From an uncultured Gemmatimonadales bacterium (GTDB lineage Bacteria > Gemmatimonadota > Glassbacteria > GWA2-58-10): a DNA stretch of 64,000 nt. The DNA lies in the NCBI GenBank assembly GCA_964548275.1, contig CAZJQI010000009.1, positions 8,656-72,655 of the forward strand. The letters run 5' to 3'. Below are positions 55,577 through 64,000 of this stretch, in pieces. The notes beneath the pieces were generated by a model, which had not been told where the DNA came from, did no database searches, and was given only the letters and a program-made list of their open reading frames with translations. The position numbers and the translations under genes are program-made. Within the stretch, counting starts at the first letter, position 1. Every line of letters starts with the position of its first letter.

Positions 55577-55659
55577 GGGGGCGGCGGCGGCGCTGCTGAA
55601 GGCGATAAGCGCAGGCCTGCGGCAGCAGGGAACACACGGAACGTGTGTCCGCCGCCCCC
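55577..55659. other. GC-rich, strongly self-complementary island in an AT-rich 487-bp intergenic region
   Basis: An 11-bp stem GGGGGCGGCGG (55577-55587) / CCGCCGCCCCC (55649-55659) encloses two sub-hairpins: CTGCTG...CAGCAG, and ACACACG-GAA-CGTGTGT at 55632-55648. No flanking U-tract. Confidence 0.5.
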
Positions 55660-55802
55660 ACTGGAAGGTGGCTCAAATCGACAAGCTGTCCACCACTTAC
55701 TTGACCTTCCGGGGGAGCATCGCTAACTTTTCAATGAATAAATTCTTTCCGAATTCCTGCACCTTCAGCCTTTTCCCACTTTTCAAGGAGCGATGGCCGC
55801 TT

Positions 55803-57434
55803 ATGATTACCATCACGGTAAGAAAAATTACGGGCCTGGCCCTGCTCGCAGCGTTTGCTTTTTTCACTTCGGCCAAAGCCGCTCAGAACTCGATAGCAAA
55901 CCCCTGGGTAATCACCGATTGCAGCGTGAACTGCTTCGATTACCAGAGCATGGTTACCGATCTGACAAAGGGACTCACTGATCCCCAGGACCAGGCAGTG
56001 GCAATATTCAATTTTTTTCGCCGCTCGATGTTCCCCTATACGGCCCGGGTTGAGTATCCCTTTCCGGTCAATGAACAGCAGCACATGTTTGATTTTCTTC
56101 GCATGGTCAATGTTTACGGTTATACGCTTTGCACCCAGAACAACTGGATGTTCGCCAGTGTGTGCAAGCAGAGCGGGCTGTTCGAGGATGCACGGGGAGT
56201 GAGCGTGCCGGGGCACGGCACAGCCGAGGTCAAATGGAACGGGCGCTGGCATTTCATGGATGCCATAGTGGGCTGCTACGCTTTCCGGAGAGACCGCCGC
56301 GAGATCGCCTCGATAGACGATATTGTGGCGGATACGACCCTGCTGACAAGAGCAGTGGCCGAGGGGAGGGCCAGCATGCCCTTCTGCCCCTGGGACGGGG
56401 AGTCGGTTTACCCGGAGGGAGCCCTGGCCCAGACAGACCAGTGGTTCACATACCGCAAGTACGGGGTAGACTTTCTACTCGGCGCCTTGCCGGAATACAA
56501 GCCGTCCAATGCGAACGAGGCCAACACCCACACCATGGCGTTCAAACTGCGACCCGGTTTCCGCCTGACCCGGCTGTGGGACAACCTGCCCGGCATGTAC
56601 AACCTGAGCTACGATTTCCACAGAAAGAGCAAGAAACGCCAGAGCCCCTCGCCAGCCATCCTGCCGCCTCACCACCCGGACGGCGGCAGGGAAAAGCGGG
56701 ATGTAAACAACTGGCCGATTATCGAGCCGTACCGCAAAATTATTAATGGCCGGGAATGCTACCACTACTATGCAAACGGGCTGTTGAGCTACGAGGACAT
56801 GTTCTCGGATAAGCGGATTTTCCGGGCCGCGGATTCGGTCAAGTCCCTGGAGATAGCCCAGGGGCCGAACGTGACCGGACAGGTGCTCCGTTGCTCACAG
56901 GGCAGCAATGACGGTGAGGCATTTTTCACTTTCGAGGCGCCGTATGTCTTTGTCGGCGGCAAGATCAAAGGCCGGGCCAAGGTTACTGACGGCTCGTGGG
57001 TCGCGGTGTATATGGATATCGGCGAAAGCGAAAACTGGCTCTGTCTCGGGGTTGTGGAGTCAGGCGGGGATTTCTGTTTCGAGATACCGGCCAACCTGCT
57101 CGAACAGCGCTATCGTTTCGGCCTCAAGTTGAAGCTCCACGACAGAAGTGCCTCGGGTTCGGTGAGCCTGCTCGAATTCAAAGCCGAGGCGGTCTGCCAG
57201 CTCAACATGTATTCGCTGCCCTTTCTCAAGCCGGGCCCCAACAGGGTTACTGTGCTCGCCGACTGGATACCGGACGATGCCGGACTGGCTGTGACTTATA
57301 AATGGCAGGAGCAGGGCTGGGACAGGGTCGATCGCCGGGTGGTAAATTCAGGCGGTGAAAGCTACACTATCGAGGTTGCAGGCAGCCAGTACCCAAGGAT
57401 GAAAGAAATAATCATGGAATGCCTCCCGGAATGA
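55803..57434 (+). CDS. secreted hypothetical protein with transglutaminase-like Cys-His-Asp core
   Basis: ATG 55803 is preceded by AAGGAG. Signal peptide 'ITGLALLAAFAFFTSAKAAQ'. 'YGYTLCTQNNWMFASVCKQSG...VPGHGTAEVKWNGRWHFMDA' has the C...H...D spacing of TGc-fold proteins. The upstream part of the ORF (55533-55802) is non-coding-looking. Confidence 0.6.
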   Translation: MITITVRKITGLALLAAFAFFTSAKAAQNSIANPWVITDCSVNCFDYQSMVTDLTKGLTDPQDQAVAIFNFFRRSMFPYTARVEYPFPVNEQQHMFDFLRMVNVYGYTLCTQNNWMFASVCKQSGLFEDARGVSVPGHGTAEVKWNGRWHFMDAIVGCYAFRRDRREIASIDDIVADTTLLTRAVAEGRASMPFCPWDGESVYPEGALAQTDQWFTYRKYGVDFLLGALPEYKPSNANEANTHTMAFKLRPGFRLTRLWDNLPGMYNLSYDFHRKSKKRQSPSPAILPPHHPDGGREKRDVNNWPIIEPYRKIINGRECYHYYANGLLSYEDMFSDKRIFRAADSVKSLEIAQGPNVTGQVLRCSQGSNDGEAFFTFEAPYVFVGGKIKGRAKVTDGSWVAVYMDIGESENWLCLGVVESGGDFCFEIPANLLEQRYRFGLKLKLHDRSASGSVSLLEFKAEAVCQLNMYSLPFLKPGPNRVTVLADWIPDDAGLAVTYKWQEQGWDRVDRRVVNSGGESYTIEVAGSQYPRMKEIIMECLPE

Positions 57435-57565
57435 GGCCAAGCCTGCAAATTCAGGAAAATGGAAAAAATTTTGGAAAATCTTTTAATTGACAATAATTTA
57501 TCTTATTAGCAAATTCTCAAATGATTTTATACATTCATCTTTTCTCAGTTCAGGAGGAATATTCC

Positions 57566-60500
57566 ATGAGATTCTGGCGTTTGTTGCTGGCATTAATGGT
57601 CGGTACAATTATTTCAACTGCACGTTCGGATGAGGTGCGCGTTTACGAGGAACCGCTGACCATACCCACTTACCGCGTTCGCGAACCGGAAATCATGCCC
57701 CGCTGGAGCGACCGGATTTACCCCTACACCATGCTCGACAGGATTACCAACGAAAAATATGACCGTACGTATCGCGCTCTCTGGGTGGAAAACGAATATG
57801 TCAAGGCGCTCGTGTTACCCGAGATTGGCGGCCGCCTTCACGGAGCACAGGACAAGACCAACGGCTACCAGTTTCTCTACGACCAGGTGACAATTAAGCC
57901 GGGCCTGGTGGGACTGACCGGAGCCTGGATTTCCGGCGGCGTGGAGTGGAATTTCCCGGACGGCCACAGGGCCTCCGGCTTTCGGGACACGGACTACCGG
58001 ATCGTGGAGAACGAGGACGGTTCCAAAACCGCCTGGACCGGTGAAATAGACCGGGTAAGCAAAATGCGCTGGTCTGTGGGAACCACGGTTCATCCGGGAC
58101 GCAACTGGGTTGAAACCAAGATGCGTCTCTACAACTGCACGCCGTACATACACCGTTTCCAGTTCTGGGCCACCAGTGGTGTGCGTGCCACCCTCGAATA
58201 CCAGGCGGTTATCCCCGGCGAGATAGTAACCGGTCATGGCAAGCACGGTTTTTTCCGCTGGCCGGTGGATCACGGGGTAAATATCACTTACTGGAAAAAC
58301 CTGCCCGGAGCGAGCAGCTTTTTCGCCTGGGAGTCCGAGGCGGACTATTTCGGCGGCTATAGCCCGGAGGAAAAGGCAGGCATGGTGCACTTTGCAGACC
58401 ATAACATCGTACGCGGGAAAAAGCTCTGGACCTGGGGCGCTGCGCCATCGGGCAGAATCTGGGAGGATATCCTCACTGACGGTGACCTGCCGTATTTCGA
58501 ACCCCAGGCCGGTGCTTATTCGGACAATCAGCCCGACCTTCACTGGATCATGCCCGGAGAAACCAAGATTTTCAGCCATTTCTGGTTCCCGGTGCGCGAC
58601 ATCGGAGTCTGGGATTTTGCCAACCTGGAAGGCACCCTGAATATCGAGCTGGAAAAAAGAAAGGCCAGAATCGGCTGGTCGCCCACAGGAGTGAACAATG
58701 GCGCTCAGGTTATCCTGACCCACGACGGAAACGAGATATTCCGCAAAACGGTCGATACCGATCCGGGCAATCCGTTTATCGACCAGGTGAAAGCACCGAA
58801 AGGGGCCGATCTATATTCGCTCAGGATGATAGTGCTCTCAGCAGGCGGTGATACCTTACTGGCTTTTCAGCATCCCAGGCCCACTAATCCTCCTCTGCCC
58901 GAACAGGAAAAGCCGTATCCGGCCCCTGAAAAAATCAAATCTCAGGACGAGCTATACGTGATCGGTGACCACTTTGACAAGTTCCGCAGCCCGGCACAAG
59001 GGATGCTTTACTACCAGGAGGCCCTAAAACGGGATCCAGGGGATTTGCGTTCGAACATTGCTGTTGGCCTGATTTACCTCAGGAGAGGAAGATTCGAGGA
59101 TGCGCTGAAGCATTTCGAGAAATCAGTCGAGCGGGACGCCTCTTTTTACAAGGCCTGGTATTTTAAGGGGCTTGCCCAGTTGTGGCTCGGTGATCTGTAT
59201 CAAGCAGAGAAAAGCCTGAACCGTTCGAGTTATGACCCGGCCTATTATGCCGCAGCCCATTTCGAACTGGCTCAGCTTACCGCTTCCCAGGGGCGCTACG
59301 AACGCGCTCTGGAGCATATCGAGCGCAGTATCAGGGGTAACGGTGACAACGCCCAGGCCTATGCTGTCAAAGCGCTGATCCTCAACCGTCTGGGACGCCA
59401 CGAGCAGGCCCTGGCAGTGGCAGAGGAAATTCAGAGGGTGGATCCGCTCGATTTTTTCTCTCTGACTGAGAAATATTATGCCCTTATAAACCTGGGGAGA
59501 AGCGAGGAAGCGCAAAAAGTTTACGATCAGGCGCTTAAGCTCTCCAGGCTGGACAGTGATAATTATATCGAGCTTGCCCTGTGCTATGCCCGCTGCGGCC
59601 AGTACAAGCCTGCGGTGCGAATCCTCGGGATATTGCCCGGGGAAACCGATAACGTATCACCAATGGTTTATTACTATCTGGCCTATTGCAACAACCTTCT
59701 CGGTAACAGTGAACAGGCAACCGGATACCGGGCCGAAGGTTTGGCTGCCTCGGCCAAATATTGTTTTCCCAGCCGCCTGGAAAGCCTGCCCGTGTTGAAC
59801 TGGGCGATTGAGCAGAACCCGGATGATGCACAGGCGCAATACCTGATGGGCAACCTGCTTTACAGCAAGAAACAGGCGGAGGAGGCCATAGCCTGCTGGG
59901 AAAAAGCAGTTGCGCTCGATCCTTCCAATGCCATCGCCCATCGGAACCTGGGCTATGTCTTCCATATGAAAAAAGACCTTCAGCGGGCACGCCAGGCTTA
60001 CGAGAATGCTGTGAAAGCCGACCCGACATCTGCCCTGGCGATCTACGAACTCGAAGCAGTGTATGTTGATCTCGGTTTTTCTAACGAGGAAATTCTCGCC
60101 TTCCTGGAAAAATACATCGACACAGTCACCCAGCGCGACCAGGCACTGAAACGCCTGGTTTCCAGTTACGTCCAGGTGGGCCGTTACAATGACGCTCTCA
60201 AATGGCTCTATGACCATCACTTCAAGTCCTGGGAGGGCCGCTACGATATCCACCAGTACTGGGTTGAAAGCCATATCAGGCAGGGTGATATCGAATTCGA
60301 GACCGGAAACCACGAAAAAGCACTCGAGCATTACCGCCTCTCCCTGGAATACCCGCCAAACCTGGAGGTGGCTGCACAGCCCAGAACCATCCATGCCCGC
60401 AAGCGCTACAAAGTGGCCGTGGCTCTCGAGGCGCTGGGACGGAAAAAGGAAGCGAGAGAGATGCTCAGGAAGGTGGTAGCCGACCAGCTCGCACCCGACA

Positions 60501-60805
60501 ATGCATACCAGTACTACAAGGGTAAGGCTCTCGAAAAGCTCGGGAAAAAAGAAGAAGCCCGGAAAGTGTGCGAACAGCTGCTCGCTGCGGTAAACGACCG
60601 TGCAGAATCAATGAGTGAGCAAGGGGAGATGAGCCATTATTTCGATCCGGGAAGAAACCCTCAGGCTCTGCTTCATTTCAAGCGCTCCCTGGCGCTTGAA
60701 GGACTGGGGCAAAAAGAACAGGCCGAGGCAGAACGCCAGAAAGCCATCGAGCTTGATCCGATAGTCGCCCTCAGGGCGTTCAGCCCTCCGCGGGCCGGAT
60801 GGTGA
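57566..60805 (+). CDS. DUF5107-domain protein with long C-terminal TPR array (secreted)
   Basis: ATG 57566 follows AGGAGG. It has a signal peptide. The N-terminal block of about 450 aa ('YPYTMLDRI...WVENEYVKALVLPEIGGRLHGAQDKTNGYQFLY...GVEWNFPDGHR') is as I recall for DUF5107. At least 10 TPR units follow. Confidence 0.72.
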   Translation: MRFWRLLLALMVGTIISTARSDEVRVYEEPLTIPTYRVREPEIMPRWSDRIYPYTMLDRITNEKYDRTYRALWVENEYVKALVLPEIGGRLHGAQDKTNGYQFLYDQVTIKPGLVGLTGAWISGGVEWNFPDGHRASGFRDTDYRIVENEDGSKTAWTGEIDRVSKMRWSVGTTVHPGRNWVETKMRLYNCTPYIHRFQFWATSGVRATLEYQAVIPGEIVTGHGKHGFFRWPVDHGVNITYWKNLPGASSFFAWESEADYFGGYSPEEKAGMVHFADHNIVRGKKLWTWGAAPSGRIWEDILTDGDLPYFEPQAGAYSDNQPDLHWIMPGETKIFSHFWFPVRDIGVWDFANLEGTLNIELEKRKARIGWSPTGVNNGAQVILTHDGNEIFRKTVDTDPGNPFIDQVKAPKGADLYSLRMIVLSAGGDTLLAFQHPRPTNPPLPEQEKPYPAPEKIKSQDELYVIGDHFDKFRSPAQGMLYYQEALKRDPGDLRSNIAVGLIYLRRGRFEDALKHFEKSVERDASFYKAWYFKGLAQLWLGDLYQAEKSLNRSSYDPAYYAAAHFELAQLTASQGRYERALEHIERSIRGNGDNAQAYAVKALILNRLGRHEQALAVAEEIQRVDPLDFFSLTEKYYALINLGRSEEAQKVYDQALKLSRLDSDNYIELALCYARCGQYKPAVRILGILPGETDNVSPMVYYYLAYCNNLLGNSEQATGYRAEGLAASAKYCFPSRLESLPVLNWAIEQNPDDAQAQYLMGNLLYSKKQAEEAIACWEKAVALDPSNAIAHRNLGYVFHMKKDLQRARQAYENAVKADPTSALAIYELEAVYVDLGFSNEEILAFLEKYIDTVTQRDQALKRLVSSYVQVGRYNDALKWLYDHHFKSWEGRYDIHQYWVESHIRQGDIEFETGNHEKALEHYRLSLEYPPNLEVAAQPRTIHARKRYKVAVALEALGRKKEAREMLRKVVADQLAPDNAYQYYKGKALEKLGKKEEARKVCEQLLAAVNDRAESMSEQGEMSHYFDPGRNPQALLHFKRSLALEGLGQKEQAEAERQKAIELDPIVALRAFSPPRAGW

Positions 60806-60841
60806 TGTCTTGAGCGTTTCAGAGTTTTAGATTTACAAAAG

Positions 60842-60877
60842 GGCCGGAACCGGAAACACGGGTTTCGGCCTTTTTTT
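60842..60877. terminator. rho-independent terminator (bidirectional) after the DUF5107 gene / PfkB gene
   Basis: 10-bp stem GGCCGGAACC / GGTTTCGGCC (one G-U), 9-nt loop, then TTTTTTT (60871-60877), with an A-run upstream. Confidence 0.65.
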
Positions 60878-60939
60878 GGCTGAACGGAATCCGGCTTATT
60901 TTAACAGTACTTTTCGCAGGTTGGTTAAAGACCGCCGCT

Positions 60940-62025
60940 TTATTCCAGCAGGCTCTCGATCTCTGTAGATAATTTCAGCCCGAGCCTCCTGCCGTGCTCG
61001 GCGAGTTTTGCCTGGGTTGTCGCCAGATTGATCGTGTCCATGGAAAGAACGGACAGGGAAGCAAGAAGGGCAGCGAAATCGCAGGCGGTCTCCAGAGGCG
61101 TCTCTGCCAGGTTCTTTCTCCTCTTTCGTCCGGGGAGGATAAACGGCAGTCCGCAGGCAGTGGCAACGATAATCCCGGCCAGAGTGGCATCCCCGGCTCC
61201 TGCGGTGCTTTTTGGTTTTACTGTGGCACAGGGGATGAATTCCCAGGTCTCGTTTTCGAAACCGTATGAACCGTATGATCCCAGCGTAACCAGGATACGA
61301 ATATCCGGATTGATCGCAAGCAGTTTCTTCCGGACCAGTTCCAGAAAATCATCCAGACGGTCCTGGGCGCAGCTTTGCCCGGCCAGGGTTTCGGCTTCAT
61401 CCCGGTTCATGGCAATGTGATCTGTGTGCCTGATACACTCAACGGCCACAGGTTCAGTTAATTCCGCCGAGTTGAATGCGCAGAATCGCTTCAAGCCGTA
61501 TTCCGCGGACATTCTCAGCAGCTCCAGACGGCATTCGAGAGCAACCTCCGGCGCAGCCAGTGTCATCCCCTGTACTCCGAATTCTTTACAGAACGGTTCA
61601 GCCTGGCGGATATCCTCTCGCGTAAGCAGGCCGCTTGCGCTCCGGGCGGTGGTGATATTGCCCCCGGAGGAATCGGGATACTGGAAACAGACGGAAAAAA
61701 GAGTGGAGGCATTCTCGGTTTCTTTTACCAGCGAGGTATTCATCCCCGTCTCCTGCATCATCCTCACCATACCCCTGCCGGTTTCATCCCGGCCCACCCT
61801 GCCGATTGCCACTGTTTGGAAACTTGATTTATCCGCACTGTCTGAACGCATCAGCACGGCAATATAATGGCAGATAATATGCAGCTTGCAGAAATCCCTG
61901 GCGTCGCTCAGGACTCCCAGCCGACTCTCGTTGCGGCCGAGGGTGTGGTTGCCCTCCAGTTCGAAAAAGATTCCCGAACCGATACCTCCGGTTCCAATCA
62001 ACCCTTTGTAGCCGGTTTTAACCAT
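60940..62025 (-). CDS. PfkB-family carbohydrate kinase
   Basis: 'GTGGIGSGIFF' N-terminal glycine motif and the C-terminal 'STAGAGDATLAGIIVA' (DTxGAGD-type) ribokinase-fold signature. Confidence 0.78.
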   Translation of the reverse strand: MVKTGYKGLIGTGGIGSGIFFELEGNHTLGRNESRLGVLSDARDFCKLHIICHYIAVLMRSDSADKSSFQTVAIGRVGRDETGRGMVRMMQETGMNTSLVKETENASTLFSVCFQYPDSSGGNITTARSASGLLTREDIRQAEPFCKEFGVQGMTLAAPEVALECRLELLRMSAEYGLKRFCAFNSAELTEPVAVECIRHTDHIAMNRDEAETLAGQSCAQDRLDDFLELVRKKLLAINPDIRILVTLGSYGSYGFENETWEFIPCATVKPKSTAGAGDATLAGIIVATACGLPFILPGRKRRKNLAETPLETACDFAALLASLSVLSMDTINLATTQAKLAEHGRRLGLKLSTEIESLLE

Positions 62026-62086
62026 CGGTTTTTCCTCTGGGGTGGTTTATTCAGCGAAAGGGTGGGCCGGCCCACCTTGCTCAAGC

Positions 62087-62971
62087 CTAAATCAGTTCCC
62101 ATTCCGGGTGAAAGCTGATCGCGTGCGCTGCCGTATCCCGGGTGGCGGTGATTTTCGCATCCGGGTGTGTCTGAAGAAGAGTCATCGGGTACTCAGGGGT
62201 CGGAGACGAAAAAAGCGCCACGCGAAAAGCGGTCTGTTTCCATGCACCGGTGTCGCTGAAAACCCGCACTTTTTTAGCAGAGAGGCATTCCTTGACCCCC
62301 AGGGTCACGGACATCGGCGGAGCGAACTGGTAAGCTGTTCCAAAGGTGCGCTGGGCCAGGGCGATCACCGTGTCCCAGTTGTTATATTGGATCCTGATCG
62401 AACAGTTGCGGATTTCCTCGAGGGTCGGCTGGCTGTAAGGCTCGCGGCGTGCCTGGTTGTAAGCGATATGGCCGTCCTGGCCCCAGCCGCCGAGTGTGAT
62501 ATCTATCGGCTCTTTCCGGATTTGTTCACGCACCTTTTCCATTGTCTGCGGGGTGAGCCAGAACCGGTTTTCTTCCGGCACGCTCAGTTCGAGAGAGATC
62601 GGGCCGTAGAAAACCTTTTCCATCTCAGAGCGGAAATTGTAAGGGTGGCCCTTGGGAAGGAGATTACCCTGCCAGTCGAGGCATTCATCCATATGGAAAA
62701 CTATCAGATTGCGCAGGGTAACTTTCCCGTAGTTGACTATTTGGGCGAAAGGCTCATACCATGACATCGGCCCGCAGGGGATGATTGCTCTGGTAATCCT
62801 TCCTGCAGCATTGTTTTTTTTCACTTCCTCGACCAGTTCGGCTGCCATCTTCCGGCCCATCTCCTCGCGCGTTTCAACCACCTCGAAAGCTACCCTGGGG
62901 TTATGCTTTGCCAGCTCTTCCACCGTTATCGAACACCATTTGAGCAGATCAGATCTGTTGATTGCTGTCAT
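62087..62971 (-). CDS. NagB/SugarP_isomerase-family protein (glucosamine-6-P deaminase / 6-phosphogluconolactonase-like)
   Basis: 'FHMDECL' and 'GGWGQDGHIAYNQ' parallel the NagB 'FNLDEY' and 'GIGxNGHIAFNEP'. It is longer and more divergent than the nagB at 19414. Confidence 0.65.
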   Translation of the reverse strand: MTAINRSDLLKWCSITVEELAKHNPRVAFEVVETREEMGRKMAAELVEEVKKNNAAGRITRAIIPCGPMSWYEPFAQIVNYGKVTLRNLIVFHMDECLDWQGNLLPKGHPYNFRSEMEKVFYGPISLELSVPEENRFWLTPQTMEKVREQIRKEPIDITLGGWGQDGHIAYNQARREPYSQPTLEEIRNCSIRIQYNNWDTVIALAQRTFGTAYQFAPPMSVTLGVKECLSAKKVRVFSDTGAWKQTAFRVALFSSPTPEYPMTLLQTHPDAKITATRDTAAHAISFHPEWELI

Positions 62972-63071
62972 CGGTTACCCCGATTTGTTTTGTATGGATT
63001 AATAGAGGTCGATTTCTTTCAATCCAGAAATAAATATTAGTTCCCAATGGCACATTTAGCGGAATCAAGGC

Positions 63072-63764
63072 TTATTTCTTCTGGCCGTAGTAGCTGTTTT
63101 TCCCATGTTTTCGAAAGAAATGCTTGTCCAGCAATTCGACGGCCATCTGTCCGGTGTCAGGGTTGAGCATCAGGGTGCCCCAGGCCATCCGAGCCACCTT
63201 TTCGAGGACTATCATATTCTCCACAGCCTCGGTTGCGCTTTTGCCCCAGGTGAACGGGCCGTGGGAGTAAACCAGCACTCCGGGAATCGCCTCCGGGTCG
63301 AGCCTGGAGAAAGTCTCGGCGATTACGTTTCCGGTTTCAACCTCGTAGCCCCGCTTGATCTCCTCAGGTGTGAGCGGCCTGGTCAGCGGTATTTCGCCGT
63401 GGAAATAGTCTGCGTGGGTCGTGCCCAGCGGTGGAATCGTTCTTTTGGCCTGAGCCCAGATCGTAGCGTAGAGCGAGTGGCTGTGGGCTATGCCGCAGGC
63501 TTTCGGGAAAGCCTTGTAAAGCACCAGGTGAGTGGGCGTATCCGATGACGGAGTGTAATCGCCCTCCACGAGTTTACCATCCAGGTCCACCACCACCAGG
63601 TGCTCAGCTTTCAACTCCTCGTAAGGTACTCCGCTCGGCTTGATTACCACCAGTTCCTTATCCCGGTCAATTCCGCTGGCGTTGCCCCAGGTATGGATAA
63701 TAAGTCCTCTGCGGTAAAGCTTGAGGTTGGCTTCCAGGACCTCGGCTTTTAGTTGTTCCAGCAT
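63072..63764 (-). CDS. araD: L-ribulose-5-phosphate 4-epimerase (class II aldolase fold)
   Basis: '[11 protein letters not shown]...[13 protein letters not shown]', '[10 protein letters not shown]', '[10 protein letters not shown]' and '[11 protein letters not shown]' are AraD/UlaF/SgbE signatures. 230 aa. Confidence 0.85.
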   Translation of the reverse strand: MLEQLKAEVLEANLKLYRRGLIIHTWGNASGIDRDKELVVIKPSGVPYEELKAEHLVVVDLDGKLVEGDYTPSSDTPTHLVLYKAFPKACGIAHSHSLYATIWAQAKRTIPPLGTTHADYFHGEIPLTRPLTPEEIKRGYEVETGNVIAETFSRLDPEAIPGVLVYSHGPFTWGKSATEAVENMIVLEKVARMAWGTLMLNPDTGQMAVELLDKHFFRKHGKNSYYGQKK

Positions 63765-63973
63765 GAGTGAAACCTTTCCAGATTAGTTAGATTTTTAGAA
63801 GCAGAGATTTCCGTCGGGATGACGTTCTGAAAATAGGGTATTCAGCCGGAAATCTTCAAGAAAAAAATCTATCGCCGAGCACCACTCACAAAAGTCTCTT
63901 GCTGCCAGGTGGACATATATATATATAATAAATCACATTTCAGTCAATTAGATACAGAAAGGGGGCAATAGAA

Positions 63974-64000
63974 ATGCGCAGGATTATTTCTCTGGCAGTA
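63974..64000 (+). CDS. 5' end of an unidentified gene (truncated by window end)
   Basis: The ATG at 63974 is preceded by AAAGGGGG, and 'MRRIISLAV' looks like the start of a signal peptide. Only 9 codons are visible. Confidence 0.25.

Noticed and set aside
55577-55659. The idea that the GC-rich extended hairpin is a 4.5S/SRP RNA, since it is a long hairpin with a GGAA/GAA loop near 'AGCAGGGAAC'.
   Set aside because: The conserved domain IV sequence context (GGAA tetraloop flanked by the AGCAGCC-type 3' strand and the symmetric/asymmetric loops) is not present. I kept it only as an unexplained structured island.
1-64000. A window-wide look for mobile elements, prophage, toxin-antitoxin or defence islands, rRNA/tRNA genes and CRISPR arrays.
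   Set aside because: No ORF shows transposase, integrase, recombinase, reverse-transcriptase, nuclease-helicase or Cas-like motifs. There are no tRNA-like cloverleaf candidates in the intergenic regions and no spaced repeat array. The absence is by eye only and should be confirmed with tRNAscan, Infernal and defence-system HMMs.

Overview
This is a 64-kb, mid-GC chromosomal segment with about 50 protein genes on both strands. The gene content points to a diderm (Gram-negative-type) bacterium: LpxL-family lipid A acyltransferase, GT9-like glycosyltransferase, SPOR protein, type IV pilus genes and a sigma-54 activator. All calls rest on motifs read from the supplied translations and on DNA inspection. 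No database search was run.

Housekeeping content:
- asd (3' fragment), a MATE exporter, dCMP deaminase plus a small P-loop kinase, and accD
- tsaE-tsaB-rimI and uvrA
- a DUF116 / DUF1858-like / Nfu / TPR string
- pilT-pilU-pilC-pilS-pilR
- nagB, ftsY, a YitJ-type bifunctional homocysteine methyltransferase/MTHFR, and smc
- a preT/preA-like oxidoreductase pair and a TIGR01212-type radical SAM gene
- gyrA and two cyclophilin lipoproteins

Accessory-looking content:
- a DeoR-headed sugar/sugar-acid cluster: PFK-family kinase, UxaE-family epimerase, mannonate-reductase-like SDR, HAD phosphatase, LarA-family enzyme and a secreted PHP hydrolase
- a locus of five secreted transglutaminase-like / DUF5107-TPR proteins around a winged-helix regulator and membrane protein pair
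- an araD / NagB-like / PfkB trio

I found no rRNA, tRNA, CRISPR array, transposase, integrase, phage or recognisable defence genes, and I cannot point to a clear-cut novel system.

Best candidates for follow-up:
1. A 1067-aa bitopic protein with a Walker-A-less MinD/ParA-like head, a polyacidic spacer of about 570 residues (containing a perfect 86-bp direct repeat), a TM helix and two SPOR repeats.
2. The non-canonical DeoR / PFK / UxaE / SDR / HAD / LarA cluster.
3. A hairpin motif conserved at two (possibly three) unusually long intergenic regions, each next to a GC-rich, highly self-complementary island.
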